From the human T2T-CHM13v2.0 reference genome, Homo sapiens: DNA of 64,000 nucleotides. The notes beneath the pieces are model-generated. The model saw nothing but the letters and a program-made list of their open reading frames with translations. It was not told the DNA's origin and ran no database searches. Each line of letters begins with the position of its first letter. Within the stretch, counting starts at the first letter, position 1. This document shows positions 54,836 through 64,000 of this stretch, piece by piece. The DNA lies in NCBI RefSeq assembly GCF_009914755.1, contig NC_060931.1; one strand, written 5' to 3'. The translations under genes were made by a program, and so were the position numbers.

Positions 54836-56829
54836 AACATTCTGGAGTTTAAGAGTCTGAATGGATACTTAAAGATAGAAAGAAATGATACAACATCACT
54901 CTGCCCCTCTTACCCAAATACTGTCTATGCCCTAGGAATGGCTACCCTGATTTTCTCATTAGTGCAGTGTCCGGGTCTCTGAAACATGGAGGAGAAAATA
55001 ATGCAAGAATAAAGTGCCTTTGACCATATTTAAGCTAAGAGAACTGCTCTGTTTTATGACAAAGTAGAGGAATTTTTAATTTCTTGATGTAGGTTATGTT
55101 CGACCTTTAGTTTGAAAAAACAAAAACCGTTGATTAAGGCAGTAGTTATTATTTTTAAATTTTTTAGTCACTGTTTGTTAGCATATTCCATCTGTTTTGG
55201 CAAGTTCATTGTGGAAAGATGACTCTGTTAGGATTAAGGACTCCAGATAAAGCAGGGGTCTTTCATTTTCATCAGAAGACTGATCAGGGTGCTGGAGTTC
55301 AGGGGCTAGCTGAGCACTCATCCCAACTGCAGTGCTGTGGCCTTGTGATTGTCATCTAACCTTTCTGAGACTCCATATCCTTACTTTTTAACTAAGCATA
55401 CTCTGTTAAGTGCCGTCTTAAGAGTCTTCTAGATTTCTATGCCTGTAATTCCAATAAATTCATTAATTCTTTCAACAATTATATAGTGAACAATTATATA
55501 TCAAACTTGGAATAACAGCAAAAGGTTCTTCAATTTTAAGAAACAAAATATTAAGACTAGAAGCTTAGTTGGATATTGTGGTATATGCGATAAAGAAAAG
55601 TAAAGAGGATGTTATGTTCAAGATTATTGAAAGTGGTTAGGGAAGTCCTCTCTGAGGAGACAATATTATAATGAAACAAGCCTACAGAATTAGAAGCTCC
55701 CAGTCTTGCAAATATTGGAGGAAGAAAACTCCAGACAAAGAGGAGGCTAAACACAAAGGTTTTGAAATAAGATTATCTACCAGATTCTAGGAACAAATGG
55801 TTGACCTGTACACCCAGGCTTGGCATGTGAGTGAGAATAATATTATTATAAACTTAGAGTGAAACCAGTTGACCCATTTTGTTATCTTTTACAGATAAAA
55901 TTCACCAAAAGGGTAGGTAATTAGTCTTATCAAAATCGGTTTTATTTACAAATATGAAGGATGGAAGAGTGGGCACAGGAGATGAGAGCCTATATTAAGT
56001 AGTTGGTAACTCAGTAAACAATGGAGTCTAGGCCAGACAAGGAGGGAGAGAAATATAGGAAAACTCCAGTGGTTTTGGGAAAGAGGATAGATTCAAAACA
56101 AAAACTTTAAAGGGTTACAATGATAGTTATATGGGTACTAGAGTAAGTGATCTTGAGGACAAGAGGCATTTTTGAGAAGAAAATGTTTGAAATGAAGATG
56201 CAAGATGTGCCCCTGCCCCAGGTTGTGACAAAAGTGAATTGAGTCCATAGGAACAGGTGTCAGGGATAGAGGATGCGGTTGTTTGAGGGAGGGTATCAGG
56301 ACCTGAGAAGCCAAACTTGATGAGTCATTTTACGAAGGGTGACCTGTTAAAGAATACCCAGGAACAGGCCTGGAGTAGTCCTGAAAGAGGGAGGCAGGTG
56401 CCATGGACTAAGGGACCAGGAAGGTGCACACAATCTCACAAGACTCCAGCTGCCATCACCCATGTTCATTTCCTTGAAGAAATCATCTTATTCCTTAATT
56501 TTTCCCCAATATATAGTTTGAGACTTTCTGATTCTCTTTCTATAAATACAAAGCCCTAGAGATTTTTATTATCTGGTGATCCAACCCTTTTTGGAGTGAC
56601 TAATCAAAAAAGCACATGACAGTATGCATATTTTATAATTTTGGAAATTACTCTTCCTATTTACATATACTTTGGAGTATATCACAACTCCAATTTAGTA
56701 CATTTTGTTATTAGATACCAGAAAATCATGAGTTCATACTACAGTCCCTCTGCTGCCCCATTTCCAACTTAAAATAGAATTACCAACTTAAAATAGGAGA
56801 AACAAGCTTAAAATAGAAGAAACAAGCCA

Positions 56830-57330
56830 TCACTTAAGTAGATATAGAAATATAGTTGATAAAATTTAACACCTGTACCAGATAAAAATTTAGTAAACTA
56901 GAAATAGAGCTTTACCTTAGTAAGAGCAGCCATTAAAAAAATGCATAGTAAATGCCATTGTATATATTAATAATTTCATTTAAAATTAAATATGTGACAG
57001 GAATGCCTACTGAAGTTACCTTCATTCAATTTTTAACTAGAGATCCAAGCCAGCATACTTGTACGCTGTACTGATTGAAATGACAATCAAATTAGTGGAA
57101 TAAAAATGGGAAAAAAGAAAATGAACTGTCATTATTTGCTGATCATAAAATTATTTACATAGGAAGCTACTAAAGAATACAGAGAAAACATTATAAAATA
57201 GCAATGGATCAGCAAAATGGTTAATATAAAATTAATACATAGTAGCCAATTGCATTTCTATAACAAACACCTAGAACACAAAATTAAAAATAAATTATAG
57301 CTTAAAATATGTCAGTAACTATTTTCAAAA
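56830..57330 (+). mobile_element. Ancient L1M ORF2 relic
   Basis: ctgtcattatttgctgat encodes LSLFAD, the decayed RT motif, within A-rich L1-like sequence. Confidence 0.55.
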
Positions 57331-58143
57331 TATTTTGAAAAGGAAATGGCAGGGAATATTTCACAGGTGGGAATAGTATATGCATGGGACAATGAGGGCA
57401 CAATTTGAAGTAAGTCACTATAAGCCAAGAAGCTTCATGATAAAGCTGACTTTAGGAAGGTTAACCTGGAAGCAAAGTAAAATAGTTTGAGCTGGGGGGA
57501 CAGCAGGTGGCCCAGAGAGACCAGAAGCCGGAGATCCGGGAAAACACATCTCCAAAGGGCACAGAGGCAGAGTGAATGGACTGAACAGGAGAGAATTAGA
57601 CCTCACACCTTTCTTGAGGAAGGTGGATCTCAGTGCATATTTTAAAGATTAGAATTCACATAGATATATTATTTTACTAGAAAACATTTTCTCATGTCTA
57701 AAACTTTTTAAAGCAAAATTACTTAAAATCTTTGGTAAGTTTTAAAAGTTTAGATAATGTAAATGTTTATATACTTTTGAAAAGTAAACTAAGTATTACC
57801 TTTAATATTTGTAAACTTTCATAACCTATCACTGATATTTACTAAAGAAGAGAGTTTAACAACACTGAGAAATATTCCAACAGAAAGGTGAACTGTTTTG
57901 TTTTTAAGCAGGTGAAGTACAAGAAGTTTGATGGAGGCCATTTTACTTAATTAAAAACTTCATCAAAATGCTGTTTTCACTATCTGAGTTGTCAGAATTT
58001 CTACAAGGCTTTTTCATATTCAGTCCTTTCAAAAATATAAAATACTTGAAGGCAGTTCTTTATAGAAGAATTTAAAGTTACATGTCAAATGTAGCTCTTC
58101 TTTTTTTAATTACTGAAGCCATATATGGTCAAGAGTAACTTCA

Positions 58144-58446
58144 GGCTGGCCGCAGTGGCTCACGCCTGTAGTTCCAGCACTTTGGGAGGCCGAGGTGGGT
58201 GGATCACTAGGTCAGTAGTTCGAGACCAGCCTGACCAACATGGTGAAACCCCGTCCATACTAAAAATACAAAAATTAGCTGGGCATGGTGGCATGCACCT
58301 GTAATCCCAGCTACTCAGGAGGCTGAGGCAGGAGAATTGCTTGAATCCAGGAGGCAGATGATCTCAGTGGCCTGAGATCGTGCCACTGCACCCCAGCCTG
58401 GGCAAGAGAGTGAGACTCCATCTCAAAAAAAAAAAAAAAAAAAAAA
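58144..58446 (+). mobile_element. AluS (AluSg-like)
   Basis: Full dimer with a long A tail; TSD-like agtaacttc on both sides. Confidence 0.92.
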
Positions 58447-60999
58447 GAAAGTAACTTCCACATTAAACAAGAGAAATAAAAACAAAAGCAAAGTTCTTTG
58501 TCTAAGCAAAGCCTGTTAACTCTAATTAACCAGCTTTGCACAGCTGTGATAGTACAGCCCATTAATTATTAATAAGAAAATAATCAATATTAACCTCCTC
58601 TTTTTTATTGGTAAATGTTTTTTGGGGTCTTTGTGTTAATTTGTTATTTTTTAAATTACTGTTTTAATAAATTTCATTATAGATGCTGGAGTAATTACAT
58701 TACCTAAAAATAAGATATAGTCATGTAGCACATTACTTTGAAGAGAAAAATAATATTTGTAACTTTATTAACCCTATACTAAGCACATTAGTTTCATTTT
58801 TGAACCTTGAACCTTGGTATTTGATTTGCAGTCCTTTCCAAATATTTAAATTTCCATATTTACTCTCTATTCTTTACTAAACTCTACTCATTGCCTTAGA
58901 TTGAAACCTAAGTATCTTTTTAAAAAAAAACCCTTTTATGTGGCTATAGAACAGAATTAGGAAGTTTGCTAATCTTGAACCTTGCTTTCTTAAATGGTAT
59001 TTTTGTTCATTCTCTTCCTAAACTTTATTTTTTTATTATTTCTCTGCTTTACAATTTAATAAGCCATTTTACTGGAGCTTCATACTCTACTTTCTATATC
59101 ATATAATGGGAATAGTTTTAATGCTTGTGAAGACAGCATGTATTCAGTACACAAAGATGAAAATAATTTAATCATCTTCATACTTATTAGAAATACTTAT
59201 ATTATTCAGTCAGTAACTGTGACTATTGAACTTATCTCCCAAGGATATTATAAAAATAAATGTGATAAGAGCTAAAGAAATTTTTAAAGTCATCAATGAT
59301 TCATTTTAATCTAATTTCATCACTGGAATTTCTTGAATGTTGTAAGAGTTTATGTTAGTGTGTCATCTAATCATAGTTACTCTAACTGGCTAGCAGCTTA
59401 GAACAAGCTTGAATAAGGTTCAAACTAACAGTGGATGACTGCCAATGGTTAGAAAAAAAAAAAGGAAACATTAAGCTACTTCTAATCTAAATTAAAATAC
59501 AAAAAAATCATTAAAATCTACTTTTATTTTATGTCAAAATTGTATCTCAGATACTCTGATTTTTAAGTCATCAATACTGTTTTGAAAACTGGACAGAAAT
59601 AGTCACTGGCTAACAGCTAAATAAAGAGATTAATCATAAATAAGCACTATCTTTAAGCAGCTCACAGTCTACTAAAGCCTAATTAAGATTTATAATTAGA
59701 AAGTTAAATTATACAGCAAATCTCAGACTTGGAGGAGTCCTTTACACCATCTCGTCCAACCACTCCATGACACAGATGGCCAATCTGTACTTCATTCTCG
59801 TTAGTTGCCTTTTCAGCATGCCAGAGCTATTCATTGACATATTCAGCCACTTTGTTAAATAAGTGTGTGTGTGTGTGTGTTTTTCCTTACAAGTTGAGTG
59901 AAAAATTAAAATGTAACAAAATAGTGTGAAAGCACTAATCCCCTATTCCCTATTTTCTTAGTCTGAAGCTTGGTGCAAAGGCATCAATATCACGGGCTTG
60001 GGATTGGTCACAGTTGAGTTCTGTGACCCTTCTCTGTCACAGACTGACTCTGGGGATAGTCTCCATGGTCTCAGAATGGAGATTACTACCTGAGCTGCAG
60101 GAGGGGAATGCTACCTCTGCCTGCTAAAATTGTTGCCACCTCCTATTGTGGCTGAAACATGGTACTTGCCCAGTAAAGTGGTGCCTACTATAGTTTTTAT
60201 TTCTGTATCAAGCTAAACACAAAGTAAATAATCTGGCAGTAGTGATCAGTGATGCATTGTATTTACTATACATTAAGAAGAATTTGTAGGTCTTTAAAAA
60301 CATCACAGGGATGTCATCTATTGCAATAAATGAAAATGGGATATTTAATTACCCATTAAAAATTATTAGAAGAAAGAGTGACTATACTTCCCAAATGAGT
60401 ATTGATAAGCCTGAGTTCCTGTAAAATGGCCTCGGGAAGCTTTGCCTTCATAGCTTCTACATTCTTCACCTGAAATACAAATGTGGGCTGTTCAAAGATA
60501 CATAGGAAATACTTTACTTTGAAACTGAAATAGGAGCTGGGGAGAAGTGTTTCTCTGGAGGGACTGGATCGCTCCTAAGGCTGCCCAACTTGTGGGTTTT
60601 CCAATGCCTGAGGTCTTTACCATTTAAGTCGTTGGATTTGGATTTTCTCTTGCTTTAAATCAGAATTATTTTATCTGAGGCAGACAGAAAAATTCTCAAA
60701 ATTGAGATGAAGTTTCATCTGATGCATTAAGAGAGTATATAGAACTCTTGTATACTTATATACTCTTACAGACTCTTGTATAAACTATGGCAAAGGATTC
60801 TTTAAGACAGAGGCCAGGTAAAGAACAAAATGACTGAACCAGACTGAAAACACAGCCCACACCAGGGACAGGGACTAGTAGCATCAGGTGCAGAATTCCA
60901 ATCATCTCCTGGCTTGTAGAAATTCAAATTAAGATAGCAACAAGTACACTAAACAGTAATTGTGAGTCAGCACATTAATTGGAGAGGAAATGAGGGAAG

Positions 61000-62640
61000 G
61001 AAAAGGGAAAAAGAGAGAAGTTGGAAGGAGAAGAAAGAAGGGGATGGGAGGAAAGAAAAGAAGGGATCGCAATGTACTTAAATGTCCAAAACGAACCAAA
61101 AATGTTAAAGAAAGAACATGTTGGGAAAATTCAACACTTCTAAATGCTGAAAACAATTAACAATGGAAATGTAAAATGCTTGGAACCAAGTGATCCATAT
61201 CTACTACAAATCAAAGCTAAAACATTGGTACTATTGGGAAAACGTTGGTAATGCCAGCCATGTAAATACTGTCTATATAAAATAACAATAATATCTAACA
61301 CATAGGGGAGGAAAAAGCCACTTAAATGGGCAAAAATACCCTGTAAACCAGGAGGACATCTAAAATGGTTTATGTGGGGAATGTTATCAGCTAAAACACT
61401 TACATTACAAAAGGAAGGCTAAAAATTAATTATACAAATATTAATCTTAAAAAGTAAAAAAGAGCAACAAAATCCCAGGAAAATAGAAAGAAGTAATATA
61501 AATAAGAACATTAGATAAATGTTAATAAAAAGACCAAAAGCAAATTATTTCATAAAGACCAATTGGTATAAATATATTCATTAATAATCATAACATCTTT
61601 AGATAATTATTTAGCATTATCAAATAAAGTTGAGCTTGCACGTAATCTACAAATCAGCAACTCTACTTCTTTTAGGTATATATACTAGAGAAATTCTTGG
61701 ATGGAGGCACAGAAAATTTGTATGAATATGTTCATATTAACATTCTCCATAATAATAAAACCTGGAAACAACCAAACTGTTTATATCATTATACTATCAG
61801 CAGTAGAATGCTAAATAAATTATGGAATAATCAAATTATAGAATATGACCCAGTGTTAAGACTGAATTAACCACAACTACATACAGAAATAGAGATGAAT
61901 CTTAGAAATCTAATGTTAAGCAACAACTTTAAAAAACCAAAATTCAGAATACTAGGAACACTAGGACACTATTTTTATAAAACTCAAATGAGTATAAAAC
62001 AAAACACTATGCAATGATGTGGTTTAGGTGTGTCCCCACCCAAATCTCATCTTGAATTGTGGCTCCCATAATTCCCATGTGTCGAGGGAGGTACCTGGTG
62101 GGAGGTAATTGAATCATGGGGACAGGTTTTTCCTGTGCTGTTCTCGTGACAGTGAGTAAATCTCATGATATCTGATGGCTTTATAAGGGAGAGTTTCCCT
62201 GCACAAACTCTTTGTTTTTGTCTGCTGCCATGTAAGACATGACTTTGCTTCTTTTCTGCCTTCCACCATGATTGTGAACTCGCTAACCACGTGGAACTGT
62301 GAGTCCATCAAACTCTTTCCTTTATAAATCACCCAGTCTCTGGTACGTCTTTATTAGCAGTATGAGAACAGACTAACATGTGCATATGTTAAAACGACAT
62401 TTTGAAAGGGAAGAGAAGGAAAATATTACATTTCAGAATAGTTATTCTGGGTGAAAGTGAAGAAGATGGGAATGGAAGGAGACACTGGGAGCATCAATCT
62501 TAATGCTTACACTAAATTCTCTTGTTGGGTCATAGACTCAAGAGGATTTGTTTAATTGGTATGCCATATAATCTAATTATTAATAATATATGGGTTCTTC
62601 TGTATCAAGTATTACATAATAAAATATTTTTAAAGGCATA
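61000..62640 (+). mobile_element. Ancient L1M(E) 3' region interrupted by THE1
   Basis: Motifs such as cagcaactctacttct...tatactagagaaattc, ctggaaacaaccaaa and gatgaatcttagaaa; boundaries approximate. Confidence 0.55.
62015..62380 (+). mobile_element. THE1 (B/C-like) solo LTR
   Basis: tgatgtggttt...gtgtccccacccaaatctcatcttgaattg...gagaacagactaa; near-TSD tgcaa/tgcat. Confidence 0.9.
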
Positions 62641-62649
62641 GAAGATCTT

Positions 62650-62832
62650 TTCTGTTCTGTGCCTCATATAAATTATCTCATTTACTTTGAAGCAAACTTT
62701 TGAGGCATTTATTATTGCCCTCATTTTAAAGATGAGGAAGCTGAGGTTTAGAGAAGCCAAGAAACACAGTTCTTGAGAGACATAGCTAGAGTTCAGGTCT
62801 GTACCGTAGCCCCTTCCTTTAACCATTACACT
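62650..62832 (-). mobile_element. MIR
   Basis: MIR core cattttaaagatgaggaagctgagg. Confidence 0.7.
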
Positions 62833-63184
62833 GTCTTTCTCCATTTGGACCCTTTATAGAGGGAAGATCACAGCACTGACCCCTGTTCTCATTGGAGTAG
62901 GAGGTGCTGAGAGAGCTATGTAAAAAGTACACACTGGAGAGTGGAAAATTTTCACAGAAATATTGACACATAAACTTAGGCAAACAGAAGGTAGAAAAGA
63001 TGTTTCACCACCAAAAACTGTCCACGTAGAGATGTGGAGAGAACCAAGAACCTGGAGGATGTGAGCACAGTGGGCCTTCTGGCATGGCAGAAGCAGAGGG
63101 AAGTGAAGGAGGGAACAGCAGTGCTAAGGATAGAAATGCAGGTTTGGTCCAGTTGAAGAAGGCACTTGATCTTTTCGGGCTGAC

Positions 63185-63347
63185 CAGTAGGTCTTAAACT
63201 GTAGTGCATATTGTTATCACCTGGCAGACTTGTTAAACTGAAGGTTGCTGAGCCCCATTCTCAAAATTTCAGACTCAATAAGAATGAGTGGAGCCTAAAC
63301 ATTTCCATTCTAACAAATGCTCAGGTGGAAATCACTTTGAAAAGCAA
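63185..63347. mobile_element. MER5A-like hAT element
   Basis: cagtaggtcttaaact...atcacctgg...cttgttaaa...cattctaacaaatgctcaggtg...cactttga. Confidence 0.65.
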
Positions 63348-63649
63348 AGCTTTAGGGCTGGCATATAAGGAGGATTGCTTTTAGAATGTCAGTGATGGTG
63401 AAGCTGTGGAGAATGGGCTGGGGAGAAAGAATGAACATGGAGAGTATAGTTAAGCCACTGCAGGAGCTCAGGTAGGTCTGAAACAGTGGTGGTGGAGATG
63501 GAGAGAGAGTGCTGCAGTTGAGGCATGTCTGAAGTCTATGAACATAAAGTAGTAAGGCATGAGTTGGGGGCATAAAGATAGAGAGGCTCCCAAGCTCCTG
63601 CCAGAGGTACTGAGTGAAGAGTAGACTCATTAATCAATGCAGGGACAAC

Positions 63650-64000
63650 AGAGAATCAACTCAGGTGCCCATCAACGGTAGACTGGTTAAAGAAAATATG
63701 GTCACAAATACCATGGAATACTAGGTAGCCATAAAAAAGAACAGAATTATGTCCTATGAAGCAACATGGATGTAGCTGGAGGCCATTATGCTAAGTGAAC
63801 TAACCTAGAAACAGAAAACCAAATACTACATGTTCCCACTTGTAAGTGGGAACTAAACATTGGGGACATAAATATGGGAGCAATAGACCCTGGGGACTGC
63901 TACAGCAGAGAGAGACGGATTGGGGCAAGGGCTGAAAAACTGCCTATTGGATACTCTGCTCACTACCAGTCACACCCCATACCTTAGCATCACACTATAT
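63650..64000 (+). mobile_element. L1PA16/L1PB-like 3' end, running off the window
   Basis: tgcccatcaacggtagactgg...atggatgtagctggaggccattatgctaagtgaa...cttagcatcaca. Confidence 0.85.

Overview
Human (primate) genomic DNA from inside the very large neuronal gene CNTNAP2 (Caspr2), which runs on the + strand. The only protein-coding sequence I can support is two exons: 4988-5131 (144 nt) and 8540-8804 (265 nt). They encode the end of laminin-G domain 1 and most of laminin-G domain 2; their sizes match exons 7 and 8 as I recall them. The remaining ~55 kb is AT-rich intron. It holds two sense-oriented processed pseudogenes (a full-length DUT/dUTPase retrocopy interrupted by a THE1 LTR, and a 5'-truncated RAN retrocopy), six Alu loci including a pristine AluYa5, solo LTR12 and LTR7 elements antisense to the gene, three rearranged L1s, older MaLR/DNA/L2/MIR relics and simple repeats. 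Nearly all other ORFs in the track are repeat-derived or spurious. I found no convincing novel coding system. The most unusual unexplained structure is a ~206-bp inverted duplication about 0.9 kb upstream of the first exon, with one arm split by an Alu. A competing frameshifting splice acceptor 22 nt upstream of the second exon is also notable. Repeat family names and gene symbols come from recalled sequences, not from a database search.
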